A DNA stretch of 64,000 nucleotides. It comes from an uncultured Gemmatimonadales bacterium. GTDB lineage: Bacteria; Gemmatimonadota; Gemmatimonadetes; Gemmatimonadales; Gemmatimonadaceae. The first letter of the stretch is position 1, and the number at the start of each line of letters is the position of its first letter. Positions 1 through 10,231 of this stretch are shown piece after piece. Both the position numbers and the translations under genes were made by a program. The notes beneath the pieces are model-generated. The model saw only the letters and a list, made by a program, of their open reading frames with translations. It made no database searches and was not told the DNA's origin. Location: assembly GCA_963851265.1 (NCBI GenBank), contig CAWKNZ010000002.1, forward strand, positions 640,001 to 704,000, written 5' to 3'.

Positions 1-998
1 AGACGGCGCTGCACACCGGCGAGGCGCTCGGGCTCGGCGATGACGAGCGCATCTTCGCCGCCGTGCCGCTGTTCGCCAGCTTCGGCTTCGGAGTCGCGGT
101 GGGCACGATCGCGGCGGGGCTCACGCTCGTGCTGCTCGAGCAGTTCACGCCGGACGGCGCGCTCGCGCTGATGCGGAGCGAGCGGGTGACCGTGCTGCAC
201 GGCGTGCCGACCACGTTCCACCTGCTCATGCGAGCGCCCGGCTTCGACGAGCGCGCCGTGCATGACGGTGGCCTCCGCGTGGGGCTCATCGCCGGCGCGC
301 CCGCCGACGAGGACCTCCTGCGGCGCGTGCGGCGCTGGTGCGACGTACACGTCGCGTACGGGCTGACCGAAACCGGGCCCGCGGTCACCGTCACCCGGAC
401 GTCCGACCCGGCCGACAAGCGACTCACCACGGCGGGCCGCCCGCTCCCCGACGTCGACGTGATGGCCGTCGACGTACTCACCGGCCAGCTGCACGGCCCG
501 CAGGAGGCCGTCGGCGAAATCGCCGTCCGCGGCCCCGGCGTCATGCTCGGCTACGCACGCATGCCCGCCGAATCCGCCCGCGCCCTCACCCCCGAGGGCT
601 ACTTCCTCACCGGCGACCTCGGCATCCTCGACGAGGACGGCTACCTGCGCATCGTCGGCCGTCGCAAGGAGACCATCCTCCGCGGCGGCTTCCAGATCTA
701 CCCGCGCGAGATCGAAGATCAGTTGCGCGCCCACCCCGCCATCGACGAAGTGTGCGTCATCGGGGTGCCGCACGACGTGTTGGGCGAGCTGATCTGCGCC
801 TGCGTCGTCCCGGTCGAAGGCGCCGTGATCACGGGCAAGGACGTGAAGAACTTCGCCCGCGACACCCTGACCGAACACAAAATCCCCGACCTCGTCCGCT
901 TCTTCGACGCCTTCCCCATGACGGGAAGCGGGAAAGTGAAGCGGCGAGAGCTCGAGCGCGTCGTCGCGCTCGACCCGACCGTCACCGCGGCCGCGTGA
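1..998 (+). CDS. Acyl-CoA synthetase / AMP-binding enzyme, 5' truncated by the window edge
   Basis: Adenylate-forming enzyme motifs [23 protein letters not shown] and TGSGK. The frame is open upstream of the ORF-track start at 63. Confidence 0.9.
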   Translation, partial: TALHTGEALGLGDDERIFAAVPLFASFGFGVAVGTIAAGLTLVLLEQFTPDGALALMRSERVTVLHGVPTTFHLLMRAPGFDERAVHDGGLRVGLIAGAPADEDLLRRVRRWCDVHVAYGLTETGPAVTVTRTSDPADKRLTTAGRPLPDVDVMAVDVLTGQLHGPQEAVGEIAVRGPGVMLGYARMPAESARALTPEGYFLTGDLGILDEDGYLRIVGRRKETILRGGFQIYPREIEDQLRAHPAIDEVCVIGVPHDVLGELICACVVPVEGAVITGKDVKNFARDTLTEHKIPDLVRFFDAFPMTGSGKVKRRELERVVALDPTVTAAA

Positions 999-1115
999 CC
1001 CGCGACGTGAACGACGAGCCGAGCAGCGCTCCGTCGCACGCCCCTCGGGCCACGCAGGCCGCATGACCGCCGCCCCCGCGCGGCGGCGCCCGCCCAAGAG
1101 CGCGGGCCCCCACAC

Positions 1116-3548
1116 ATGAGCACTCGCTACCCCCGGCCGCGCGACCGCGGCCCCGCGGCCGCCGCCACCCCGTCGTCGGGCGCCCTCCTGCACCGCGGAC
1201 CCCAGGCCGCCTCGCCCGGCGCCTACGCGTCCGGCGCCTACATGCCCCCCGCGCCCAACGCGGCGCTCCTCATCGACTTCGACAACGTCACGATGGGGAT
1301 CCAGAAGGACCTGCAGGCCGAGCTCCGCTCGCTGCTGTCCTCGGACATCATCAAGGGCAAGGTCTCGGTGCAGCGCGCGTACGCCGACTGGCGCCGCTAC
1401 CCCAACTACGTCGTCCCGCTCACGGAGAACTCGATCGACCTCATCTTCGCGCCGGCCTACGGCGCCGCGAAGAAGAACGCGACCGACATCCGCCTCGCCA
1501 TCGACGCGATGGAGTTGGTGTTCACCCGACCCGAAATCGGCACCTTCATCCTGCTCTCCGGCGACAGCGACTTCTCGTCGCTCGTCATCAAGCTGAAGGA
1601 GTACGGCAAGTACGTCATCGGCGTCGGGATCCGCGAGAGCGCCAGCGACCTGCTCGTCCAGAACTGCGACGAGTACTACAGCTACAACGCGCTCGCCGGC
1701 CTGGTCCGCACCGCCGACGAGGTCCAGGCGCCGCGCGACCCCTGGGAGCTCGTCGTCGACGCCGTCGACCGCATGGCCCGCAACGGCGACACGATGCGCG
1801 CCGACCGGCTCAAGCAGGTCATGCAGGACATGGATCCCACGTTCGACGAGAAGAACCTGGGCATGCCCAAGTTCTCGCGCTTCGTGAGCGAGGCCGCCCA
1901 GCGCGGCCTGCTGACGCTCACGCGCCTCGAGAGCGGACAGTACGAGATCGCGCCCGCCCGCCAGGGCACTCCGCGCGACGCGGGACGCGACCGCGGACGC
2001 GACCAGATGCGGGACCAGACCCGGGATCAGGGACGCGAACCGGTCCGCGACGCCCCGCGCCCGTCGCCGCGTGATTCAGCCCGCGACGCGGCCCGCGATT
2101 TCGCGCGCGACCTCGCCCGCGACGGCCGTGACGTCGTGCGCGACGCGTCGCGCGACCTGCCGCGCGACCTGCCGCGCGACACCGTCCGTCCCGACGCGTT
2201 CGACGCCGCCGACGTCGACTTCGCCGACCGCACCTTCGACGAAGCCGAGGACGAGTCCACGTCCGACGCCCCGGCGCGCGGCGCCGATCGGTTCGACCGC
2301 AGCCGCGGCCGCAGCCGCCGTCGCGGACGCAGCGGGCGCGACCTCGATCGCGGCCGCACCGACGAGTTCGCGGTCCCGGCCGAAGCGCTCGCGAGCGACG
2401 ACCGCCCGACGCCCGAGCCGCGAGACATCGCCCCGGTCGCGATCGTCCCGACGATCGGCGCCCAGGGCGAACGCCTGACGCGCGCCGAGGCGTTCGACGT
2501 GGTGCGACGCGCCGTCGAGGCGCTCGCGTCGACCGACGACGACCGCGTCAGCGAGCAGCCGCTCCGCGAGCAGGTCTTCGCCCTCCTCGGTCGCGATAGC
2601 GAAAGTCTGAGCGAGCGCATGTTCCCGCGCATCGTGCAGGACGCCGCCGACAACGGCATCGTCCGCACGTTCCGCGACGGCGGCGCCACCACCGTCGGCC
2701 GCATCCCACGCCCGGCTCCGAGCGTCGGCGATGAACTCGACCGCGCTGCTACGGTCGCCCAGGCGCCCGCGCCGCCGGTCGCAGCGCCGTCGTTCACCCC
2801 GCCCGCCCCGCGCGGGATGGGTCCGCGCGGCGTGGCCCGCGGCCGCGGCGGCCGCGCCGGCGCGCCTCCGCCGGAACTCCTGCTCATCGGCGCCGTGGGC
2901 ACCGCCCCCGCCGCTGTCGCGTCTCCCGCGGTCGACACCGTGCCGCTGAACGTCGGCGGAGGTAACACGCTGTCTGGCGAGGCTGCCGCAACACCGGCGC
3001 CCGACCAGCCATCGCCGGACCGCGATGTGCCGCCCGCGGGTCAGGACGTTCGCGCTCGCGCGAGCGGAAGCGTGGGTGACGGCGTCGACGCCGGTGCGAC
3101 GCAGCCGGGCGAAGCCGCACCCTCATCCGGTGTGACTGCCGCCGCGGCAACGGCGGAGACTCGTGACGTCGATCAGCCCGACGCTGGAGACGTGGCGGAG
3201 GACGCATCGACCGACGCCGTGCCGGCGTCGGACGTGACGGAGCCGGACACAGAGCCGGTCGCCACACGCGGGCGTCGTCGCGGTCGCGGCGGGCGCGGTC
3301 GCGGTACCGCCCGCGCGGCTGCCCCATCTGCCGCGCCCGACGCGGGAGCCCCCCCGGTGCCCGACGTCGTACCGGAAGCCCCGCCCGCCACCCCGCCGCC
3401 CGCTGCGAACGACAACGCCGGACCCGCGCGCGGCCGCGGCGCACGGAAAGCCCCGGCCAAGGTCCCGGCCAAGGCGGCCGCCAAGACCGCCGCCAAGGGT
3501 GGCGCCCGCAAGCGCGCCCCGCGCGCCCGCGGCGACGCGGGAGCGTGA
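1116..3548 (+). CDS. NYN (LabA/DUF88-like) ribonuclease domain + OST-HTH/LOTUS domain protein with long low-complexity regions
   Basis: NYN motifs LLIDFDNV, RAYADW, KNATDIRLAIDA and LSGDSDF. LOTUS-like segment DPTFDEKNLGMPKFSRFV. RD-, RG- and AK-rich tails. Confidence 0.85.
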   Translation: MSTRYPRPRDRGPAAAATPSSGALLHRGPQAASPGAYASGAYMPPAPNAALLIDFDNVTMGIQKDLQAELRSLLSSDIIKGKVSVQRAYADWRRYPNYVVPLTENSIDLIFAPAYGAAKKNATDIRLAIDAMELVFTRPEIGTFILLSGDSDFSSLVIKLKEYGKYVIGVGIRESASDLLVQNCDEYYSYNALAGLVRTADEVQAPRDPWELVVDAVDRMARNGDTMRADRLKQVMQDMDPTFDEKNLGMPKFSRFVSEAAQRGLLTLTRLESGQYEIAPARQGTPRDAGRDRGRDQMRDQTRDQGREPVRDAPRPSPRDSARDAARDFARDLARDGRDVVRDASRDLPRDLPRDTVRPDAFDAADVDFADRTFDEAEDESTSDAPARGADRFDRSRGRSRRRGRSGRDLDRGRTDEFAVPAEALASDDRPTPEPRDIAPVAIVPTIGAQGERLTRAEAFDVVRRAVEALASTDDDRVSEQPLREQVFALLGRDSESLSERMFPRIVQDAADNGIVRTFRDGGATTVGRIPRPAPSVGDELDRAATVAQAPAPPVAAPSFTPPAPRGMGPRGVARGRGGRAGAPPPELLLIGAVGTAPAAVASPAVDTVPLNVGGGNTLSGEAAATPAPDQPSPDRDVPPAGQDVRARASGSVGDGVDAGATQPGEAAPSSGVTAAAATAETRDVDQPDAGDVAEDASTDAVPASDVTEPDTEPVATRGRRRGRGGRGRGTARAAAPSAAPDAGAPPVPDVVPEAPPATPPPAANDNAGPARGRGARKAPAKVPAKAAAKTAAKGGARKRAPRARGDAGA
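1974..2186 (+). repeat. Degenerate 12-bp tandem repeat encoding RDxx tetrapeptides
   Basis: Translation RDAG RDRG RDQM RDQT RDQG REPV RDAP ... RDSA RDAA RDFA RDLA ... RDLP RDLP RDTV. Confidence 0.75.
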
Positions 3549-4327
3549 CGGCGAGCCGGTCGCGGCTCGCAGGCTCTACCGGACGCGCGGCGCCCGGCAC
3601 GGACTCATCGTCCGCGCCGGGCGCCGCGCCGTTCGGGGAGCTAGCTCCCCCATTTCCGCCCGCGTTCTACGATCGTGACCCGCGCGCCGTCGGCCGCGAG
3701 CTCCTCGGCGCCACGCTCGTGTGCCGAACGCCCGAAGGCACCGCCCGCGGCCGCATCGTCGAGACCGAGGCATACCTCGGCCCGCACGACGCCGCGTGCC
3801 ACGCCGTCGCCGGACGCACGCGCCGCACCTGGCACCTGCACGGCCCGCCCGGACGCGCCTACGTCTACCGGATCTACGGCATGCACTGGTGCTTCAACGC
3901 GGTCACCCTCCCCGAGGGCGTCGGCAGCGCCGTGCTCGTGCGCGCCGTCGTGCCGTTAGGCGACCTCTCGCTCGTGCGCGCGCGCCGCCCCGGCGTCCGC
4001 CGCGACGCCGACCTCACCAACGGCCCGGGAAAGCTCTGCGCCGCCCTCGGTATCGACGGCCGCTTCGACGGCGCAGGACTCGACGGCACCGCACTCCACG
4101 GCAGCACACTCGATGGCGATGACGGGTCCGGGACTGCCGGCTACGCGCTCGCGATCCGTCCCGACCGGACGTTCGAGGACGCCGAAGTCGTGGTCACGCC
4201 CCGTATCGGCATCACGCGCGCGGCCGACTGGCCGCTCCGCTACCTCGTGCGCGACGACCCGTTCGTCTCGCGCACGCCGCCCGCGTTCTACCGACGTCCG
4301 TACGAGCCCGGGGTCGACGCCGTCTGA
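3545..4327 (+). CDS. mpg: DNA-3-methyladenine glycosylase (MPG/AAG family)
   Basis: Motifs GRIVETEAYLG, D-A-A-C-H, YVYRIYGMHWCFN, TNGPGKLC and TPRIGI. The GTG start overlaps the upstream stop. Confidence 0.92.
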   Translation: MTASRSRLAGSTGRAAPGTDSSSAPGAAPFGELAPPFPPAFYDRDPRAVGRELLGATLVCRTPEGTARGRIVETEAYLGPHDAACHAVAGRTRRTWHLHGPPGRAYVYRIYGMHWCFNAVTLPEGVGSAVLVRAVVPLGDLSLVRARRPGVRRDADLTNGPGKLCAALGIDGRFDGAGLDGTALHGSTLDGDDGSGTAGYALAIRPDRTFEDAEVVVTPRIGITRAADWPLRYLVRDDPFVSRTPPAFYRRPYEPGVDAV

Positions 4328-6882
4328 CCTTGCGACGCGCTCTCGAGCAGCGCGTTGAAGAGCAGCTTGAACGTGCCGATGCTCTGCCCGCGGTAGAGCG
4401 GCCGGAACCCGAACAACACCACCCGCCCGCGCCCCATCGGCACCTCGGCGAGCGCCGCCTGCCCGGCGATCCGCGCGCCTCCGCTCAGGAACCCGCTCAT
4501 CAGGATGTCGTCGGCGCGGTCCGGGTACCGCGCCACCACCCGCGCGTCGGCCAGCCGCGACACGTCGAACGTCGTCGAGTTCGTGAAGTACACGCCCGCC
4601 GTGTCCGCCATTCCGGTCGCGATCGGCTGCGTGCGGTCGACGAGGACGCGCAGGATCGACCCCGGCGCGTACAGCGCGTCGCCGCCGGCGGGCTCCTCGG
4701 CCACGCCGTTCTCGTCACCGGCCCGGGGCGGCCGGATCCGCGTCACCGCGAGGCCGAGTGGGCCGCTCGCGATCTCCGTCGCGCGATCCACGAGGACCAG
4801 CGTCCCGCCACGCTCGGCGAACGTGCGCAGCGACGCCAGCCCGGGTTCGCCGAGCCCGCCCGCGTACGGGGCAGGGACCTCGCGCGCCGACATCCCGTCG
4901 CGCGCTTCGCGCAGCGACATGTCCGGCACGACCACCACGTCGAACTGGGCCCGCAGGTCGCCCGCACGCGCGGCCGAGTCGGTGAGCGTGGTGTAGCGCA
5001 CGCCGTACTGCTCGAACACCCAGCGCGTCCAACCCTCGTCCATGTTCGCCGTCCAGGGTCGGTACAGCGCCACACGCGGCGTACCTCGTACGGCGATCAT
5101 TCCATCCGCCGTCCCGATGCGCACAGTGCGACCCGCGGGCGTCGCGAACGCGAAGCGGTAGCACGCCGTGTTCGCCGCGTCGAGCGTCACGGCGTCCCGC
5201 CCGCGCTGTCCGCGCGCGCTCGACGCCGAGCAGCGTGCGAGCGTCGTGCTGTCGAGCGTTCCCGCGGCCGGCACCCCCGCGACCGGTACGCTCGCCACCG
5301 TGAACGCCGAATCGACCGCGTCCGCTCGCACCCCGAATTGGTACGGCAACGTCCAGCCCGCCACGTCGTACGGCCGTTGCGGCGGGCCACCGGGGTAGGG
5401 CTCGAGTCGCGGAAACCGCTGCGGCTCCAGCAGGTCCTTCGCGTGCGCCCGGTACGGCTGCGCCATCCGTACCACGTAGCTCCCGGCGGCGTACGCGCGC
5501 CCGCCGCCCGTGAACGGCGCCGTCGCGCGCTCCACCTCCACGCCCCCCACGCGCAACACCTCGACCAGCCGCGCGACGGCGTGCGGGTCGGCCTGTCCGG
5601 CGGGAAGCACGTATGCCCACGGCCCGCCCGCCGCGCCGGCCGCGACCGCCTTGCGGCCGAGCGCGACGAAGTCGCTCACGTAGTCGCCCCGCTGCCGCGC
5701 GAGCATCTTCACGAGCGACTCGCTCGCGATCAACTCGTAGTCCATGATGTCGCGCAGGCGCCACGTGCCGCCCGCCCACGGATTCGGAAGGTTCACGCGC
5801 GCCGCGCCGCCGATCGCCGCGCTCGCGGCCCCGCGCGGTCCCGCGCGCAGATCGCTCGGCGTGATCGTGATGGGCGTGGCGATCCGCGCGCTCGCAGCCT
5901 CGCTCAGCAGCCCGACCATGTTGTGCCGCGTCGGCGCCGAGCGGGCTCCACCGTGCCACCACAGGTCGTACGTCGCCCCGCTCCCCACACCCGTCTTCCC
6001 CCGCGCCTCGAGCGCGAGCGCCATCTCCGACCCGATGTGGTTGATCCCGCGAACGATCAGCGGGTCCACGTTGGGGTCGATCGGGTCGGTGTGTGGCGGG
6101 AGCGTGATCCGCATCCCGTCCGTCCCCTGCTGGTGCACGTCGTAGAACACCTCGGGGAACCACCGCCGGTAGAGCACGTCCGTGACGAGCCGCGTCTCGC
6201 GCTGCGTCACCATGTACCAGTCGCGGTTGTTGTCGTGCCCGGTGTAAGGATGGTACAGGTACGGCAGCGGCCCGCCTTCGAACGGCGTACCGAGCCCGCG
6301 CCGGTACCAGTCGACGACCATCTGTTCGCCGTCGGGATTCATCGACGGCACGAGTAGCACCACGACCGAGTCGAGCGCGCGCCGCAGCGTGTCGACCGTC
6401 GCCATGCGGTACGCCAACTCCATCGCCATCTGCGACGCGCCGATCTCGGTCGAGTGGATGTTGCACGAGATCATGACCACGGCCGGCTGGTTCGCGACGA
6501 TGCGCGCCTGCTCGGCGGGGGTCAGCCCGCGCGGGTCCGCCAGCCGCGCCTGCGCCGTCCGGATCTCCGCGATTCGAGCGAAGTTCGCCGGCGCCGTGAT
6601 CGTCGCCATCACGAACGGCCGTCCCTGCGTGGTCGGGCCGAGCGTGTCCACGCGCACGTACGGCGACGCCGCCGCGAGCCGCGCGAAGTACCCGGTGATC
6701 TGCGACCAGTCCGCGAGTGTTCGGTCCGCGCCGATCGTGAGGCCGGTGACTTGCGACGGCGTCGGTACGGGTGCACCGTCAGGCATGCCCCGAGCGGGCG
6801 CACCTTGAGCGCTCGCCGGCCGCGCCCCCGCCGCGAGGCCGATCCCCGCGCAGGCGGTCCAGAGAATCGTAGAAAATCGCAT
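4288..6882 (-). CDS. Secreted M14-family zinc carboxypeptidase with C-terminal glutamine-amidotransferase-like domain
   Basis: Signal peptide from ATG 6882 (MRFSTILW...ASAQ). Zinc-binding motifs NIHSTE, DNNRD and DVHQ. Confidence 0.85.
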   Translation of the reverse strand: MRFSTILWTACAGIGLAAGARPASAQGAPARGMPDGAPVPTPSQVTGLTIGADRTLADWSQITGYFARLAAASPYVRVDTLGPTTQGRPFVMATITAPANFARIAEIRTAQARLADPRGLTPAEQARIVANQPAVVMISCNIHSTEIGASQMAMELAYRMATVDTLRRALDSVVVLLVPSMNPDGEQMVVDWYRRGLGTPFEGGPLPYLYHPYTGHDNNRDWYMVTQRETRLVTDVLYRRWFPEVFYDVHQQGTDGMRITLPPHTDPIDPNVDPLIVRGINHIGSEMALALEARGKTGVGSGATYDLWWHGGARSAPTRHNMVGLLSEAASARIATPITITPSDLRAGPRGAASAAIGGAARVNLPNPWAGGTWRLRDIMDYELIASESLVKMLARQRGDYVSDFVALGRKAVAAGAAGGPWAYVLPAGQADPHAVARLVEVLRVGGVEVERATAPFTGGGRAYAAGSYVVRMAQPYRAHAKDLLEPQRFPRLEPYPGGPPQRPYDVAGWTLPYQFGVRADAVDSAFTVASVPVAGVPAAGTLDSTTLARCSASSARGQRGRDAVTLDAANTACYRFAFATPAGRTVRIGTADGMIAVRGTPRVALYRPWTANMDEGWTRWVFEQYGVRYTTLTDSAARAGDLRAQFDVVVVPDMSLREARDGMSAREVPAPYAGGLGEPGLASLRTFAERGGTLVLVDRATEIASGPLGLAVTRIRPPRAGDENGVAEEPAGGDALYAPGSILRVLVDRTQPIATGMADTAGVYFTNSTTFDVSRLADARVVARYPDRADDILMSGFLSGGARIAGQAALAEVPMGRGRVVLFGFRPLYRGQSIGTFKLLFNALLESASQGQTASTPGSYGRR

Positions 6883-6946
6883 GGCCGCGAGACTACACCG
6901 CGCGCCCCGCCCTGACCAGCACGACCGCGCCTCAGAGTTCGCCGAC

Positions 6947-7285
6947 ATGCCCACCACACGTCCGCACGCGCCGCCCTGGCCCGACCCGTTCCTCACGCCC
7001 GTGCTCGGCACCGTGTTCGCCGAGCGCGCCGCCGTCGTCGGCCGCCTTCACCCCGGCGACCACCTGATCCTCGTCCCCGACCCGCCCGACACCGACGATC
7101 CCAACGTCTGGGTCCACGCCCCCGGCGGCGACCTCGTCGGCCATCTGCCCGTCGACCTCGGCGGCCGCCTCGCCCGCTGGATGATCGACGGCGGCCGCGC
7201 CGGCGCCACCGTCGACAAGGTCGGCGGTGAGGAGGTCGCGAGCTGGCGGCGCCTCATCGTACGTGTGGAGTGCCACGTCGACTGA
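6947..7285 (+). CDS. Stand-alone HIRAN-domain protein
   Basis: Pattern F-x-T-x-V-x-G...L..GD.L.L..DP...D.N.VWV....G..VG.LP matches HIRAN as I recall it. ATG at 6947. Confidence 0.65.
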   Translation: MPTTRPHAPPWPDPFLTPVLGTVFAERAAVVGRLHPGDHLILVPDPPDTDDPNVWVHAPGGDLVGHLPVDLGGRLARWMIDGGRAGATVDKVGGEEVASWRRLIVRVECHVD

Positions 7286-7434
7286 CGCGCACCAGCTCCG
7301 TCCACCGCGGCACACCCCTCACCCCCTGCCGATGGCGCGGTGACTACGCCGAGGTGCCGACCTCGCAATCACGACAATGCCTCCGCAGGGCGGCCGGCCG
7401 CCGCGCGGCGCGCCGCCCCTTCCCCGCGGGGGTC

Positions 7435-8658
7435 CTAACGCACGATCCCGAGCCGCCGCCCCGCCCGCTTGAACGCCGCCACCGCGAAGTCGAGATCGTC
7501 CCGCGTGTGAGCCGCCGAGATCTGGCACCGCACGCGCGCCTGCCCCTGCGGCACCACCGGGAAGCCGAACCCGGTCACGAACACCCCCTCGTCCAGCAAC
7601 GCGTCGCTCATCGCCATCGCCGCCGCCGTCTCCCCGACGATGATCGGCACGATCGGCGTCTCGCCCGCGAGCGGCGCGAACCCCGCTTCGACGATCGCCT
7701 CGCGGAAGTACCGCGTGTTCTCGCGCAGCGTCCGCACCCGCTCCGGATGCGCCTCCGCGAAGCGCACCGCCGCGAGCGAACTCGCGGCCACCGTCGGCGG
7801 CAGCGAGTTCGAGAACAGCTGAGGCCGCGACCGCTGCGTCATCATGTCGACCAGCGCCGACGGCCCCGCGATGAACCCGCCGGCCGCCCCGCCTAACGCC
7901 TTGCCGAGCGTCGAGGTGATCACGTCCACCTCGCCCAGCACGCCGAAGTGCTCCGCGGTCCCGCGTCCCGTCTCGCCCAGCACCCCCGTCGCGTGCGAGT
8001 CGTCCATCACCACGGCCGCCCCGAACTCCCGCGCGATCTCGAGGATGTCCGGCAGCTTCGCGATCGACCCCTCCATCGAGAACACGCCGTCCGTCCAGAT
8101 CAGTTTGCGACGCGCGTCCCGGTTGGCCGCGAGCTTCGCCCGCAGGTCGTCCATGTCGCCGTGCTTGTACACGCCGGTCGTGCACTTCTTGATCGCCTTC
8201 GCCAGCCGGATCGAGTCGATGATCGACGCGTGGTTCAGCTCGTCCGAGATCACGAAGTCGCCCGCCTCGACGATCGTCGCGGTGAGCGCCTCGTTCGCGT
8301 TCCACGCACTCACGTACGACAGCGACGCCTCGGTCCCGACGAACCGCGCCAGCGCCTCCTCCAGCTCCCGATGGACCGTGAACGTGCCGCAGATGAACCG
8401 CACGCTGGCCGTTCCCGCGCCGTACGCCCGCAACGCGTCGATGCCCGCTTCCACCACTGACGGCTCGTTCGCCAGCCCGAGGTAGTTGTTCGACGAGAGG
8501 ATCACCACCTCGCCGCGCCCCTCCATCCGCACGCGCGCGCCCTGCGGACTCTCGAGGTAGTTGAGCCGCTTGTAGACGCGGTCGGCCTTGAGCCGGTCGA
8601 GCTCCGATTGCAGATCGGCGGCGAGCGCGCCGCCCGCAGGAACCGTCGTGTCCATCAT
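7435..8658 (-). CDS. kbl: Glycine C-acetyltransferase (2-amino-3-ketobutyrate CoA ligase)
   Basis: Motifs SNNYLGLA, ASVRFICGT, SDELNHASIIDS, DDSHATG and TLGKALGG (PLP lysine). RBS GAGGAGGG before ATG 8658. Clustered with tdh. Confidence 0.93.
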   Translation of the reverse strand: MMDTTVPAGGALAADLQSELDRLKADRVYKRLNYLESPQGARVRMEGRGEVVILSSNNYLGLANEPSVVEAGIDALRAYGAGTASVRFICGTFTVHRELEEALARFVGTEASLSYVSAWNANEALTATIVEAGDFVISDELNHASIIDSIRLAKAIKKCTTGVYKHGDMDDLRAKLAANRDARRKLIWTDGVFSMEGSIAKLPDILEIAREFGAAVVMDDSHATGVLGETGRGTAEHFGVLGEVDVITSTLGKALGGAAGGFIAGPSALVDMMTQRSRPQLFSNSLPPTVAASSLAAVRFAEAHPERVRTLRENTRYFREAIVEAGFAPLAGETPIVPIIVGETAAAMAMSDALLDEGVFVTGFGFPVVPQGQARVRCQISAAHTRDDLDFAVAAFKRAGRRLGIVR

Positions 8659-8683
8659 CCCTCCTCGTGGTCCGCGGGCGCGG

Positions 8684-8977
8684 TCAGCGTCCGCCGTTGT
8701 GGCGCAGCAGGTCCACCACCGCGCGGTGCCCCGCCTGCTCCGCGAGCGCCAGCGGCGTCCGCCCCGCGCCGTCGCGCACGTTGGGGTCGGCGTTGTTGTG
8801 CAGGAGGATCTCGACCGTGCCCGCGTGGCCGCCCGCCGCCGCGAGGTGCAGCGGCGTGCGCCCGTCGGCATCCTTCGCCGCCGTGAGCCAGTTGTCCATC
8901 GAGAGCACGGCGGCCACCTCGTCGGTGTCGCCGGCGCGCGCCGCGGTCAGGATGTCGTCGTGGTCGTTCTCGTACAT
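8684..8977 (-). CDS. Small ankyrin-repeat protein (97 aa)
   Basis: Two clear ankyrin repeats, DGRTPLHLAAAGGH and AGRTPLALAEQAGH. ATG at 8977. Confidence 0.85.
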   Translation of the reverse strand: MYENDHDDILTAARAGDTDEVAAVLSMDNWLTAAKDADGRTPLHLAAAGGHAGTVEILLHNNADPNVRDGAGRTPLALAEQAGHRAVVDLLRHNGGR

Positions 8978-9021
8978 GTGCGGTCCCCGGCAGGTGGCGT
9001 TAGGCCACGTCAGTACGCCCG

Positions 9022-10050
9022 TCAGGCGATTTCGAAGATGACCTTTCCCGCCTCGCCGCAACGGATGGCGTGGATCGCCTCGTCGTAGCCTTCGAGCGGG
9101 AACCGGTGCGTGATCACCGGCGTCGGATCGAACGTGCCGGCGCGCAAGAAGCGCGTCATCTGGTGCCACGTATCGTACATCCGCCGCCCGACCACGCCGT
9201 ACACCGTGAGCCCGCGAAAGATGATCTCCGTCGCGAAGTCGACCGACACCGGCTGCGACGGGATCCCGAGCATCTGCACCCGCCCGCCCGGCCGCGCCAG
9301 CGCGAAGGCCTGGTGCACCGCGCTCGGCACCCCGCTCATCTCGAGCACCACGTCCACGCCGTGCCCGTCGGTCGCGCTCCGCACGGCCTGCTCCGCGTCG
9401 GCCGGCCTCACCGCATCGTGCGCTCCCATCGTCCGCGCGAGATCCAGACGCGTGGCGTTGACGTCGACCGCGATCACCCGCGACGCCCCCGCCGCCTTGC
9501 AGATCCCGACCGCGAACAGGCCGATCGGCCCACACCCCGTGATCAGCACCGCCGCGCCCGGGATCTCCGTCCCGTGCAGCGCCGTGTGAAAGGCGTTCCC
9601 CATCGGGTCGTGAATTCCGCCGATGTCGTACGACACGGACGCGTCCAGGTGCCACACGTTCGACGCGGGCATCGCGATGTACTCCGCGAAGCACCCGTCC
9701 CGGTCCACCCCGATGATCCGGGTCTCCGGATCGACGTGCGCGTTCCCGGTCCGGCTGAATACGCTCAGCTCGTTCACGATGTGCCCCTCGGCCGTGACCC
9801 GATCACCCACGGCCACGTTCTCGACGAGTGAGCCCACCTGTACCACGTCGCCCGCGAACTCGTGCCCGACGACGAACGGCGGCCGACACCGCCCCTGCGC
9901 CCACGCGTCCCACGAGTAGATGTGCACGTCCGTCCCGCACACGCCCGCACGCCGCACTCGGATCAGCACCTCGTTCTCGCGGATCCGCGGCTCCGGCACC
10001 TCGCGCAACGAGAAGCCCGGCCCGGCCACCTCTTTCACCAACGCCTTCAA
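9022..10050 (-). CDS. tdh: L-threonine 3-dehydrogenase
   Basis: Motifs MKALVK, CGTDVHIY.WD.WA, GHEF, EGHI and GCGPIG. TTG start. Upstream of kbl. Confidence 0.93.
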   Translation of the reverse strand: MKALVKEVAGPGFSLREVPEPRIRENEVLIRVRRAGVCGTDVHIYSWDAWAQGRCRPPFVVGHEFAGDVVQVGSLVENVAVGDRVTAEGHIVNELSVFSRTGNAHVDPETRIIGVDRDGCFAEYIAMPASNVWHLDASVSYDIGGIHDPMGNAFHTALHGTEIPGAAVLITGCGPIGLFAVGICKAAGASRVIAVDVNATRLDLARTMGAHDAVRPADAEQAVRSATDGHGVDVVLEMSGVPSAVHQAFALARPGGRVQMLGIPSQPVSVDFATEIIFRGLTVYGVVGRRMYDTWHQMTRFLRAGTFDPTPVITHRFPLEGYDEAIHAIRCGEAGKVIFEIA

Positions 10051-10231
10051 TCGCCTGCGCTCCCTCGGTCAGAGAACGGCCCGCCGCGCGATGCGCCGGC
10101 CGGTGCTCGCGTCCACGCCACGGGTCCGACCGCACGGCGTTCGACGAGCCGCCGATAAGGTCGCACCGGTACACGGGTGGTGGAAGCGCGATCACCTCAC
10201 CTTCCTCCCACGCCGCCCCCAGCGCGGCGAG

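Noticed and set aside
10050..10230. Glycine or other riboswitch, or a Thr-rich leader peptide, upstream of tdh
   Set aside because: No recognisable aptamer consensus and no Thr-codon-rich short ORF.
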